Positions 48,008-60,692 of a stretch of DNA of 64,000 bases are shown in pieces. Numbering within the stretch: the stretch's first letter is position 1; the number at the start of each line of letters is the position of its first letter. This stretch comes from the human T2T-CHM13v2.0 reference genome, Homo sapiens, in NCBI RefSeq assembly GCF_009914755.1, contig NC_060944.1; one strand, given 5' to 3'. A program made the position numbers and the translations under genes. The notes beneath the pieces are model-generated. The model was not told where the DNA came from. It searched no databases and was given only the letters and a program-made list of their open reading frames with translations.

Positions 48008-49279
48008 TTCACCATCATGGTATTCCCCATAGCATTGCTTCAGACTGAGGAACTCACTTAGCTGCAGAATAAGTGCAGCAGTGGGCCCAGCCTCGTGGAC
48101 TTCACTAGTCTTACCATGTTCTCCACCATTCTGAAGCAGCTGGCCTGATGGAACAGTGGAATGTCCTTTTGAAGACTCAGTTATAGCACCAGCTAGGTGG
48201 CAGTACCTCAGGAGGCATGGGCAAGATTCTCTACATGGCTGAATATGCTCTGAATCACTGTCCACTATAAGGTGCTGTTTCTCCAATAGCTAGGATTCAT
48301 GAGTCCAGGGATCGAAGGTGGAAATAGGAGTGGCTTCACTCACTATCACCCCCAGTGACCCACAAGCAAAATTTTTGCTTTCCGTTCTCATGACCCTAGG
48401 CTCTGATGACCGAGAGGTCTCAGTTCCAAAGGGAAGAATGCTTTCACCAGGAGACACAAAAATGGTTCAGTTGAACTGGAAATTAAGACTGTCACCTGGC
48501 CCCTTTGAGCTTCTCATGCCTCTGAATCAATAGGCAGAGAAGTGAGTTAATACTATGCTGGGTGAGGTGGCTAATCCTCTCTACAGAGGAGAAATTCAAC
48601 TGTTACTCCACAATAGAGGTAAGAAAGAACATGCTTGAATTTTAAGAGATCCCTTAGTGTGTCACTGCGTATTACCATACCTTGTGATTATAATCAATGG
48701 AAAGCTACAACAACCCAATCCAGGAAGGACTACTAATGGCTCAGACCCTTCAGGAATGCAGATTTGGGTCATTCTACCAGGGGAAGAGCCATGACCAAGT
48801 AAGGTGCTTGCTGAAGGGAAAAGGAATACAGAATGACTAGTGGAAGAGGGTAGTTATGAATATCAGCTACAAGTGACCAGTTACAGAAAAAAGAGTATTG
48901 TAATTGTTATGAATAGTCCCCCTTATTTTGTTTAGAATGTGAATATGTTTTAGGTATATTTATATTTGTATGTATTAAGAAAATATCTTTGATTTTCACT
49001 CTGATTCTTTCGTCATGTAACAGCGGATGTATTGACTTAATATCATAGTTAAGTATTGTTAATTTTCAATCATAGTATTTCAGTTACAAGACATAAAGGA
49101 GATGAGTAAATTTCAAAGACTCTGCCTCCTCTTCTGGGGAAGGGGTTAGTGTGTTTTTAGTTGTATGCAGGATAGTTATATCATGTTTGGTGGAATTATG
49201 ACCTTGTTATTGCCTTTATTTTGAGGTAAAGTCTGGCTTAAGGAGATGTGTATGGGTGACAAGCTGACAGAGTTGGACT
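48008..49279 (+). mobile_element. ERVL internal 3' fragment: degenerate integrase and dUTPase
   Basis: HHHGIPHSIASD*GTH...HHSEAAGLMEQWN integrase remnant; VPKGRMLSPGDTKMVQLNWKLRLSPGPFELLMPL dUTPase remnant (ORF 48318-48533); runs into the LTR. Confidence 0.85.
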
Positions 49280-50318
49280 TGTGATGATTAATTTTATGTG
49301 TCAGTGTGACTGGGACATGGGGTTCCCAGATATTTGATTAAACATTGTTCTGGATATATTTGTGAGGGTGTTTCTGAGTGAGATTAGCATTTGAATTGGT
49401 AGACTGAGAAAAGCAGATGGCCAGTGTTTTTAGTCCTCATCCAATCTGTTGGAGGCCTGAATGGAACAAAAGGCGGAGTAAGAGAGAATTTGCTCTCTCT
49501 GCCTGACAGCTTGAATTGGGACATCAGTCTTCTCCTACCCTTGGACTATATATAAAATAATATATGTAAAATATATAATATATAAATATATAGTACTTAT
49601 ATAAAATATACATAAAATATATAAAATATAATATATATTATATATATATATTTGGACTTGGACTAGAACTACACCACCAACTTTCTACCACCACTTACAT
49701 CATCAGTTCTCCTGGTCTTGGGCCTTCAAACTTGGACTGGAACTATGTCACCAGCTTTCCAGGGTCTCTAGTTTACAGGCCATAGACCATGGGACTTCTC
49801 AGCCTCATAGTCATGTGAATCAGTTCCTTATAATCTCTCTCTGTCCATATATATAATATATAATATATTTATATATTTTAATATATATTTTAATTATATA
49901 TTTTAATATGTATTTATATATTTATAATTATAATATATAATATATATTATATTTATATATTTTATAGATGTAAATGGTATAAGTCCCAGTCCAAGGGTAG
50001 GAGAAGACTGATGTCCCAATTCAAGCTGTCAGGCAGAGAAAGCAAATTCTCTCTTACTCCTCCTTTTGTTCCATTCAGGCCTCCAACAGATTGGATGAGG
50101 ACTAAGAACACTGGCCATCTGCTTTCCTCAGTCTACCAATTCAAATGCTAATCTCACTCAGAAACACCCTCACAAATATATCCAGAACAATGTTTAATCA
50201 AATATCTGGGAACCCCATGTCCCAGTCACATTAACACATAAAATTAATCATCACAAGTTCAACTCTGTCAACTTGTCACCCATACACATCTCCATAAGCC
50301 AGACTTTACCTCAAAATA
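49217..50318. repeat. 331-bp inverted repeat (arms 49217-49547 and 49988-50318)
   Basis: Manual alignment gives 9 mismatches and no indels. Confidence 0.93.
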
Positions 50319-50857
50319 TGTATTTATATATAATATATATTTATATTTATATGTATATATTATATATAATATATATATTTATATGTATATGTTATATATA
50401 CATATATAATATATATTTATATGTATATGTTATATATACATATAAATATATATTATATATGTATGTGTTATATATACATATATACTATATATATTTATAT
50501 GTATGTGTTATATATACATATATAATATATATTTATATGTATGTGTTATATATAAATATATAATATATATATTTATATGTATATATTATATATACATAGA
50601 ATATATAAATATATTTATATTTATAAATATATATGTATATATAATATATAAATATATATAATATATTTTACATGTAAATAACATATTTACATGTAAATAT
50701 ATATTTTTATAATTATATATTTTTATATAAATATATATTTATATGTGTGTGTATATAAGATATAGATATCTCTCCTATATATGCATATGGGAGATATACA
50801 TATGTATATATATATCTCCTATTAGTTCTATGTCTCTGGAGATCTCTGACTAATATA
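49280..50857 (+). mobile_element. MLT2 (MLT2C/D-like) 3' LTR expanded by AT repeats and an inverted duplication
   Basis: Starts tgtgatgattaattttatgtgtca and ends tctctggagatctctgactaatata; directly follows the ERVL internal sequence. Confidence 0.85.
50319..50815. repeat. AT-rich microsatellite/minisatellite
   Basis: ~38-40-bp unit tatatttatatgtatRtgttatatatacatatataata, about 6 copies at 50370-50600. Confidence 0.85.
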
Positions 50858-51416
50858 GTTGATCAATTCTTGCATTCATTCAGCAATAAACAAATATTTA
50901 CTGAATGTTTTATAAGAGAGTGTATATGATTTGCTGTTTAAATATTTCACCACCAAACAAATGGAGAAATGGTACTCTTGATGTTCACATTGCATGCCTT
51001 TGCTTCTTTTTTGAATTTGAATTTGCCTATTATGTTTTGTCTGTTTTTGCCTCTGAGGCAGGAATATTATGGATCTACCACTGAGCCACTGTGTGGCTTT
51101 AAGAAAGTGATTTAACTTCTTTGTGATTTTATTTTCTAAGCTGTAAAATGATTATAAAAGGTCCCTACCTTTTGTAATTGTTATTAATATAAAATAAACA
51201 ATACTTAGAACAGTGACTGCTAAGCATTAAGTGCTCAACAAATGATTTCTAGTCTTGTTTTCCTCTTCAATAATTTTCAATAATTTTATTTTAGCTGTGT
51301 TTCTTGTAATTACTATTTAGTTCAATGTTTTAAAAACATTGCAACTAGGATCTTTTGTCTTTTAATGAAGTGGTTTAATCTATTTTTATATTTTCCATAA
51401 TGAAGTTGGGTTTAGC

Positions 51417-51716
51417 TTTTTTTTTTTTTTTTCTTGAGACGGAGTGTCACCCTGTCGCCCAGGCTGGAGTGCAGTGGCCTCGATCTCGCCTCACTGCAAC
51501 CTCCACCTCCTGGGTTTCAGTGATTCTCCTGCCTCAGCCTCCCAGGTAGCTGGGATTACAGGCACCTGCCACCACGCCCAGCTAATTTTTGTATTTTTAG
51601 TACAGATGGGTTTTCACCATGTTGGGCAGGCTGGTCTCAACATCCTGACCTCATGATCTGCCTGCCTCAGCCTCCCAAAGTGCTGGGATTACAGTTGTGA
51701 GCCACTGTGCCCGGCC
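51417..51716 (-). mobile_element. AluS (Sg-like)
   Basis: Full dimer with poly(T) head; ctgacctcatgatc. Confidence 0.94.
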
Positions 51717-54700
51717 CACATTTAGCATTTTTATCTCTGCTTTGGGGTGTATGTTTATGTATTTCTCTGTTCAAGTATTTCCTATTCCTTCTTTTACATA
51801 TGATGCTTTTCAAACAAAACATGATCTGGAAGTATGTGCAAACTTATGTTGCCTTATTTTTCTACACTAATAAATTTAAAATTTAACTCCACCCCATCCC
51901 TAAGCAACATTGCTTGATTCTTCCTGGTCTCCACTGCTTGGCTTTTCCCAATTGTGCCTTTACATGGATTCTTCTCATAGTCTTTTCCATTTTGGGGACT
52001 TCTCTTTCATATGTGAGGTTACTCACTGTTTGTGATTCCTTTCTATTATATAACATATTAGCTGTAATTTGTGCTGCTAGACATTCTAAAAATTGCAACC
52101 CCCTGGCCAATTTCTTAACAGTTTCTGATATGAAATAGATTTCCTTCAATTTTTATATGCGTTGGGTCATTTGAATGGGAATTTGAGTAAGGAATGTAGG
52201 GAAATAGGTAAGCTCTTGCTTACCTATTGCCAATTTGACCTGGAAACACACTATGGCATTTTTTTTTTCAGGAATATTATTCCCTTTCTTTCTATGTCCT
52301 GGTAACAGCAAAGGCTGCACCAATATTGTGCTTTATGTTTTTTTAGCTGGTAAAATAAGCAATCCCCGTGCTTACAGGATTATGAGAGAAAAGCTGAACC
52401 TTTGGATTATCATAGCCTGGTGTCTCCCTTTCATTATTAGCATGTCTTTCATAAAGATGTGCAGAAGTCAATATAGGTGTGACTTGACAAAGAAAAAGAA
52501 AACCAAACTTTGATTTCTTTATGTTAAATTTGTTATTTAGAACCAGAATCTGGTTTATTTTGATGGTGGGCTCCATGTTGAAAGAAAGTATAATGCAAAA
52601 TAAACTCCTTTTGTTCTTTCCCTGTGATGGAAGCTACACTTCTGTGTACATTTCTTCATCAGAATCTCTTTTACATCTCTATATCCAGGGACTCACTGTT
52701 CTGCTTTCCTTATTAAAGCAAAAAAGTAGACATAAACTTTCAAAAAGTCTTCAAAAGAAAATAAATGTAGGAAAGCTATGGTAACAAGTATATGGAATTA
52801 TTTTACAAACTCATAGAGATGAAGAAGTTGCCCCAAATAAATGATCCCACATTTCTGCCTCCTCTTTTCTAGTTTTGTTTGTTTGTTTTCCCAAAGCAAC
52901 ACTCTCTCATGACACATTACATGTGTCAACAGAGAATTCGTTTCATGGAACGTGAGTGTTGGAATATTTTATCCCTGAATCCATCAAGATTACTCAACAT
53001 CAATGAAATCTGAAACAAGATCTTAGATCCTGGCTGAAAACATGGGCAGATTTTCATTCTGGCTTCTTTACTTTCACATCTTGCTGCCAGATGTGCACAG
53101 GTAGCCATAGGGTACCCTTCCTTTCACCCTCCAGGCCTGGTCCATACTTATGACCACATTCATCATGCTTCATCTTAGAAAACTGCACATTCTTTGCCAA
53201 AAGGGAAGGTTTGGGAAGAGAAGACAAATCTCTATCCAGTCTCTCTTCATTGTGATCATTGACGTCCCTGTCTGTCTATTCTAGTCATCAGTTGGAGAGT
53301 GGGCCGGAGAGAATATTCAGACTGGAGAATGAAAAAACTTCTAGTTACCCAAGCAAAATTGCCATCCTAGTCAAATGACCCCTGGCATTTTCCAGACCTG
53401 ATATTTTGCTTCCTTGAAGCAAAGGCCACTGATTTGCCAACACTTATTTTATGCATCCTGACTACACTGATATTGATGTGCATTCAGAACAGAAACATTC
53501 TTAAGTTTTTAGGGTTAGTCCAATCACTTATATTTCTAACCCAAGTCTCCCCCAACCCACCCCATAATTTCATTCTCTGCCCGGTGTAGATATATCTCCC
53601 AGACTCCTCTCTGGACCATTCCCCATGAGTGCATTCCTCATTGTACCATGTGCTAGTCTTTCTTGAATAATGTCAATTTGATTTGCACATGCCTTTTTTT
53701 TTATTACTATGACATTTACATGAAGAGAGCCTGTGGTTTCTGAGGCCATCAGGACTAGTAGGGTTGCCTTTGGTCTTAGTTATATTCTTCACTTCATTTG
53801 ACTAAATTTCAACTGGGTTCTTGGCTCATCTAACTTCTGTGGTTGCATGAATATAAACACTATGAAGGCTTATCCATGTTTTCTTGGCTGATTCCCTAAA
53901 TACATACTTGCCTGAATTCACCAGTTAATGCTTTGTCTTGGTATTAATTAAACTTGATATGTTATATCCAAAATGAATTGTTCTGCTTACTTTTTTCCTT
54001 TTGAGCACCATCATCATCTCTCTCTTTCTTGCTCTCTCTTTAATTCTCTGGCTTGTTCTTTCTTTTTAAAATATCTTCTGGTTTCTTTCTCTGTAAATCT
54101 CATGAAATGCTTAATAATGGTCCATTCATAAACTGCCTAGTCTGCCTCCTAGGTATGGGTTTGTGAGACTATCTGCATTTACAGTTGGGTGACCTAAGGC
54201 AATAGAAGAAGAAACAAATATTCCTCATTTAGTTTTGGATGCTTTCTTCTGTGCCTTTGTTGTAAAGATAATCAAATGAGACTGTAGGAATAGCAATATC
54301 TTGGTGCCTGCTGCCCCCACTCCCAAAAAAATCTCTGAAAGGGCAAATAAGATGCTATTTAATTTCAGTATCCTCTCAGCCATTCATAACAGCATATAAA
54401 TGAAGTAATCTCTCGTAAAGAGTATCCTCTGAATCAACCAAGAAAAAAAGGAAGCATGATCGATTTCAATGCTAATAAAAGTTTAGAGAGTTGTATAACA
54501 TCTAAATTCCCTTATTCTGTGGTAAGTAAACACAGTTCAATTTCTTCAGACTTACAATGAATGCTTGACAATAAGGGGTGTAATATTATTCATGAGGGTG
54601 ATGGAGAGGAGTCTATGAACAAGGCAGCTGGAAGAGGTCTGTGGAGGATCCATGTGTCCCCACACTTCCACCTCCACTGCATGCCTCAGAGATGGTGGCA

Positions 54701-54736
54701 AGACTCCTTTGTGGCATGAGTGTGAGGTTGACAGAG

Positions 54737-54920
54737 GGCCAGGCATGTTGGTGCATACCCATAATCCCAGCTACCTAGGAGGCTGAGACGGAAGGATCAC
54801 GAGGCCAGGAGTTGGGGGATGCAGTGCACTCCAAGGATGATGCCTGTGAATAGCCACTGCACTGCAACCTGGGCAACATAGCAAGACCTTGTCTCTAAAA
54901 ACAAACAAACAAACAAAAAA
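54737..54920 (+). mobile_element. FAM (fossil Alu monomer, 7SL-derived)
   Basis: Monomer retaining 7SL-type gcctgtgaatagccactgcact; (AAAC)n tail; acagag on both sides. Confidence 0.8.
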
Positions 54921-56534
54921 CAGAGTACTTCTTAAATGGGTTCTTATTAGCCATCAGGTTTTCTTCTGAGAGTCTCATCTATGTTGTTTGTTTTAATGTT
55001 TATAAATACCTCATGAAGTCAGCAACTAAGATTTTCTATGTGCATGCAGCATACAGGCATCACAGCTGGGATAGAAACTAATTGGGTTGATTCCATAATC
55101 CCTAATCCATATTCCTACATTGTACATGGGATCTGTGTGTTACAAAGAGAGATGCTTCATCTCAGTTGAGGTTAATTGGATGTTCTTGTGCCCTATAATT
55201 ACAAGTGTTATTACAAAATGAGAGAGGAGGAGAAGAGGGAAAGGTGAGGAAGGGAGGAAGAAAGAGAAACAGTGGGTAAAGAGAGAGAGAGGGAAAGAAT
55301 ATAATTTATTATTAAATAATAACAATAATCTAATTACCCACTGTTGAAAATGTAGATTATATTTTGTGGTAGATATTGCTTAATCCTTTAGCCCAAAAGA
55401 AAAACAAATATGCAGCCAAAATGCAACCCAAACAAAAGACTACATTAGCCTTTTTCCCTTCCTTCTTTTTGCTGTAACATTTTGTTTTAAGGCAGTAATG
55501 AATTTCTGATTTGATTTAATTAAAAAAATCTGCTTCATTTCTAAACTAACACTCAGGTAAGTGTCAAACTTCCAATTATACACCTAAAAAATATGTTTGG
55601 AACCTAAGTTAAAAACTCTATTTGCATTAGGCTTTAATCATCATAAAAGAAAAATGTAAATGTTTCCAAGAGGTCCAGCTACATAAATAATCATCCGTTT
55701 CTTAAGTGCACAGTAGAGTTTTCCCCTAAGAAAATTCTATAACTTTGAGAGTAATGTAATGGTAATTAATTACCAGAAAGAGATTAATATTGCGTGCCAA
55801 GAATGATAAAGAAATGCACAGAGGCCCTATAAACGCAATCTGCAGGACAAAGAGGGAAATGTACAAGCCCATTTAATTTAAATTTCAGGCTTATTTCATG
55901 AAAAGTTACCTCCTCCTTTTTAAAATTAGTTATTTCAGTTGAATTCCTATTCAACGTCACCTAAACACTTGCAATAACCTTTTTATTGGCCTTCATATTT
56001 CTAATATGGTATCTCATCTAAACTTTTGTCTTAGGAAATCTATGTCTTGTTGTTCCCAATCATTTCATCATGTCTCAGTTGTCGTAGTTCTCTGCTCAAA
56101 AATTTCCAATGGCTTCCTATTGCTTTCAGGATACATTCCAGTCTTTTAAGAAAGACTTAGAGATTTTTCATCAGTATGACTTTGACCAAATTTGTTCTAT
56201 TCCTACATTGCTTGCTCCTAAGATGCTCACCTTTTACCTACCTGTTGTTTCCTAAATGTGAAGGCTAAAAAATTATTGGGACAGTTATGAGTTAAAAATA
56301 CAGATTCCTAGGCCTCTTTCAAGGAATCGGATTCTCCAGGAAAAGGAACTTGGAATCTCCATTGTAACAAGTGTCCCATGTCTTTCAGGCAGGTTTGGAA
56401 ACTCCATCCTAAGCAAACCCCATCACTTGCCATCCCCTGAACATGAGCCACGCTTCCCCTTCTCTACCCTCTTTGCTTACCACAAACCATTTTCCTCACT
56501 GAAATCCCACTATCATGAACAGTTCAATCGTATG

Positions 56535-57062
56535 TGTCATTAGTATGGTTTCTCAAAAAGTAGAGCTTACAACAAGACTTTGAATGCGGGCAGTTTATTT
56601 GGGAGGTGATCATGGGAAACAGGAATGGGGAATAAGGGAAGTGAGTCACGGAAGGGAAACAAGGGCCATATACACACACTTTATCAAGGTATTGCTGTTA
56701 CTAAGGACAGCTTAATCCTACTGGCTCATTGACAGTCTCCTAAAAAGACTTTCTGTCTTCTAGAAATGTCTGTCTGAAGGGTGAAGCCTGGGCATGTATT
56801 CACCTGCTCCCGTCTTCTTCTGTGTGGGTGACTCCTGGGGCATCAAATTCCCTGCTCTTCTAGCCTAGGGATCCTTCAGTGATGAAGCAGTCTTTGGTGC
56901 AAAAAGTGGAAAGAGGCACAGTGCATGTTCCAGATGGGACTCTGCCAGTTAGAGGAGGGCCTGAGTGCTCATGGCACCATTCAATGCAGCTGTAGCTAAA
57001 GTCAGAGGGGGGCCCAGGGATAGAAACTGGGCTGCAAACACATTCACAGCATGCCTCCTCCA
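56535..57062 (-). mobile_element. ERVL LTR16-like solo LTR
   Basis: caagactttgaatgcgggcagtttatttgggaggtgatc...gggaagtgagtcacggaaggg. Confidence 0.6.
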
Positions 57063-57119
57063 TATATCACATTAGTTAACTATTGTGTAACAAATTACCC
57101 CAATAACAAATCATGTGGC

Positions 57120-57247
57120 CCCATTTTTCATGATGCGATTATTTGACATTGCATGTCTGTATCAAAACATCTCATGTACCCCATAAATACGTATACCTAC
57201 TATGTACCCACAAATTGTTTTAAAAAATTAAAAACACAAAATAACAA
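57120..57247 (+). mobile_element. Short L1MA 3'-end insertion
   Basis: gtatcaaaacatctcatgtaccccataaat; 15-bp TSD aacaaatcatgtggc (57105-57119, 57248-57262). Confidence 0.85.
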
Positions 57248-57391
57248 AACAAATCATGTGGCTATATATATACCTTTCTTACTGTGAAGCTTCTGTGGGT
57301 CAAGAATTCAGGTGTGGCTTAGCTGGATCATTCAGCTCAGGGGTTCCTACAAGGTTTAAATTATTTTGAAGGCTTTACTGGAAAAAATGTG

Positions 57392-57756
57392 TCCTGTGGA
57401 CTAAATTTTCATGTCCCCCCTCCAAATTTACATGTTGAAGCTCAAAGCCCCAATATGATGGTATAGGAGGTGGGATCTTTGGGAGGTAGTTAGGTTGAGG
57501 GTAGAGCCCTCATCTATGAGATAAGTGCCTTTGTAAGAAAAGACAGGAGAGACGGTGGTCTCTTTCTCTTCCACGTGAGGTCACACCAAGAAGGTGGCTA
57601 TCTGCAAATCAGAAAGGGGGCCCTCACCAGGAACCCAATTGGCCAGCGCTTAGATCTTAGACTTGCCAGCCTCAAGAACTGTGAAAAATAAATTTCTGCT
57701 GTTTAAACTGCCCAGTTTATGATGTTTTGTTATAGAAGCCTGAACTGACTAAGACA
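57392..57756 (+). mobile_element. MLT1A-like solo LTR
   Basis: catgttgaagctc...aataaatttctgctgtttaa...gactaagaca; 5-bp TSD atgtg/acgtg. Confidence 0.8.
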
Positions 57757-58259
57757 ACGTGCTTCCTGGCTTACTACGTGGTTGTTGCAGGATTCTGTTC
57801 CTTGGGAGTAATTGGACTGAGGGCTCCAGTTCATGGCTGGCTGTTGGCCAGAGGCTTCCCTGGGTTCCTTTCCACATGAGCCTCTCCACGGAGCAGTTCA
57901 TAACATGGCAGCAGGCTTCATGAGAGTGCTCCTGCAGGAGGACGAGTGAGAATGAGACAGAGACGGCTTTTTGTAACCTGCTCTACGAGTGACATCCCTT
58001 TGCTTCTGCTGTATTCTAGCTATTAAAAGAGAGTCACTAGGTCGAGCCCACACTCAAGGAGAGGGAACCCCACAAGGGCTGAATACTAGGTGGGGACCAT
58101 TGGGCACCATGTCGAAAGCTGTCCCCTGCAATGGTCTTTTCTAATTTTCTCAGGGTGACTTAACTCCTATTTTTTCATACTTTTGTTTGCAGCCCTCTGG
58201 TAGTATCCTTCTCATTCAGCTTCTTCTTATATGTATTGGTTTATGTATTTTATCCAAAG

Positions 58260-58470
58260 ACAGAATAGAATAATGATGAAAACTTTGGTTCTGGAGTCAA
58301 ATGTTAGCTCTTTCCTGTGATATCTTCGTGATATTGGGTAAGTTGTTTAGCCTCTCTGAGCCTCAGTCTTCGCACAGGATATAATATCTGCCGTGAGGTT
58401 TAAGGGAGACCAAGGGCATTCCCATGCCTGGAGCTCACTCTGTGTTCTTATAAATGTGAGTCCTTGTTAT
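58260..58470 (+). mobile_element. MIR SINE
   Basis: ttctggagtcaaa...gtgatattgggtaagttgtttagcctctctgagcctcagt. Confidence 0.65.
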
Positions 58471-59074
58471 TAGAACCTGCTCTTTGGTAACTTCCTTGAG
58501 GGCAGGAGTCATAATTTCCCAAATCTTACAGTCCCCTCTGTGACCCATTATCAGTATTTGAGAAATCATCCATGAATTAATGTCATGATAAAACTTCGTC
58601 AAATATCATTTTGCTGTTTTCCCTGTCAAATTTTAAATGTGGTTTTCTCTACATTTGAAACTTTTGTAAATTTAAGGTAGTATAGAGCACATGGACAGGG
58701 AATTTGAATAAATCACTTGACATCTTTCTCAAAGAAAGCTCTTTTAAAATTAATTCCTATGAAGTCTAGTCAAGAGACAATAAGTACTAAGAAAATATAA
58801 GATGCTGTTAGCTTGTAATAAATTTCTCATGCTATGTAGGCATGAAAAACAATATAAACCATTGCAGTTATGAGACTTACTCAAAGCTTGCAGTGCTGTC
58901 GTGTTAAACCCTTTGTTTATCAAACCATCTCCCTGTTACGTGGTGAAGAGAGCATTGGACTTAACCACTGAAGTGCTGGATCTGAGTCGCATAAGTTCTT
59001 AAATCATCTGTACCTCAGTTTGTCTCCTATTCAATGAGGGGCCCTAATCTGAACCTCAGAGAGTTTATCATATA

Positions 59075-59299
59075 CATGGGTTCCCTACTTATGATGGTTC
59101 AACTTGTGATTTTCAACTTTACACTGGTGTAAAAGCGACAGGGCATTCAGTATACTCCTTGGTTTACAATGGGGCTACGTGTGGAGAAACCCATTTTAAC
59201 CTGGAAATATAGCAAAATCTCACATTTTACTTACAATATTTGCATTCACAGTGGATTTATCTGGATGTAAGTCAGTCATAATTCAAGTAGTACCATCTA
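59075..59299. mobile_element. MER47-like TcMar-Tigger MITE
   Basis: cctacttatgatggttcaacttgtgattttcaactttac...ccatcta, flanked by TA. Confidence 0.65.
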
Positions 59300-59949
59300 T
59301 ACTGATTAAGCACCTACTATGTGATATGCTCTGGGAAACACTAGTGAAAGTGCCCACATAGTGCCTGGCATACAGTTGGCATGCAATAGATGCCAACTGA
59401 GCCTATCTGTGGTTCTAAGTAGAGGGTTATTTATCATTAAGGGGAGCCTCTAAAGATTTGTCTAGCCCAGAGTGGGGGATTGGGAAATTGCATTTATAAT
59501 TTAGATGACATTTATATAAGGCAGCTTGAAAAATTTCCAAGAGTGGGAAATGTTGTTGCAAGAGTTTGTTCTTATTTATAGTTTAAAGAACTAGAAGGAG
59601 TTGGAGTTCTGCGCCTACTATAGAGCATCAGTTATTCAACATATATTGATGGAGTCCCTCCCACGTTGCATATCCTCGTCCCTGGGGATACTTCGTTGAA
59701 TGAGAGAGGCATGGCCCTGACCCAGTGGGGCTTGCAGACAGCAGATTCATGTGGCGAAGGGGAGTGCCGTCACATGGGGCCAGAGCAGTTGTGAGCAATA
59801 GGTGAGCAATTGTGTTTGTTTGGGTGAAAGAAGATGCAGACATGTAGCGGGATGCCGGATGCTCATGTTCATAGTGACACACTTAGCTAGCACTAGGGGG
59901 CTGAGGATAGCATTTGTGGCAGCACTGAGGTGTCTTTTTCTCTGTCACA

Positions 59950-60185
59950 GCACAGGGGCTGACAGCATATCCTCTGCAAACAGCCTGCCTGGGTTTGATT
60001 CATGCCTTCATCATTAATTCCCTGTGTGATCTTGGCTATGTTACTTGATCCCTTTGAACTTCAGTTTCCTCATCTGAAATGTGACGATAATAATGAGACT
60101 TATTTCATGGGGTTATTATGAGGATTGAAGGAATTGATAATGTAAAGTTTCTAGAGCAATCTGGCAAACAGTATTTTGTAACTGC
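59950..60185 (+). mobile_element. MIR SINE
   Basis: gcctgggtttgattc...ctgtgtgatcttggc...tcagtttcctcatctgaaatg...gaggattgaa. Confidence 0.75.
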
Positions 60186-60401
60186 TAATGCTGCTGCTGC
60201 TGTTGTATTGTTTTTATTGTAGTTGTTATTGCCTCTGTTGCTGTTCTGACCGATCCTATTATTGTTATTCTCAACAGAAGTAGTAAGCCTCAAAGTCCTG
60301 TCGTTCTTGCCCACTACTCTTCCCTGCTATGTCTTATTTTCTTGGGTCTCCAGGATATTTCAGCATTCCTTGATTTATGATTTTTGTTTAAGAATCACCT
60401 A

Positions 60402-60692
60402 GGCTGGGCGTGGTGGTTCATGCCTGTAATCCCAACTCTTTGGGAGGCCGAGGCGGGCAGATCATGAGGACAGGAGTTCGAGACCAGCCTGGCCAAGATG
60501 GTGAAACCCCGTCTCTACTAAAAATAAAATAATCAGCCTGGCATTGTGGTGTGCACCTGTAGTCCCAGCTACTCGGGAGGTAGAGGCAGGAGAATTGCTA
60601 GAACTCAGGAGGCTGAGGTTGTGGTGAGCTGAGATTTTGCCACTGCACTCCAGCCTGGGTGACAGAGTGAGACTCTGTCTCAAAAAAAAAAA
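60402..60692 (+). mobile_element. AluS (Sg-like)
   Basis: Full dimer; TSD aagaatcaccta/aaaaatcaccta. Confidence 0.94.

Larger units (their letters stand above)
57065..58130 (-). mobile_element. MLT1F-like LTR hosting two younger insertions
   Basis: tattgtgtaacaaattacccc...gtgggtcaagaattcaggtgtggcttagctgg...gagtcactaggtcgagcccacactcaagg. Confidence 0.7.

Noticed and set aside
50273-50563. 96-aa Tyr/Ile-rich ORF (also 31472-31666)
   Set aside because: Translation of TA/TG low-complexity repeats.
54737-54920. 7SL RNA gene
   Set aside because: Lacks most of the S domain and is diverged with an A-rich tail, so it is a FAM retrocopy.
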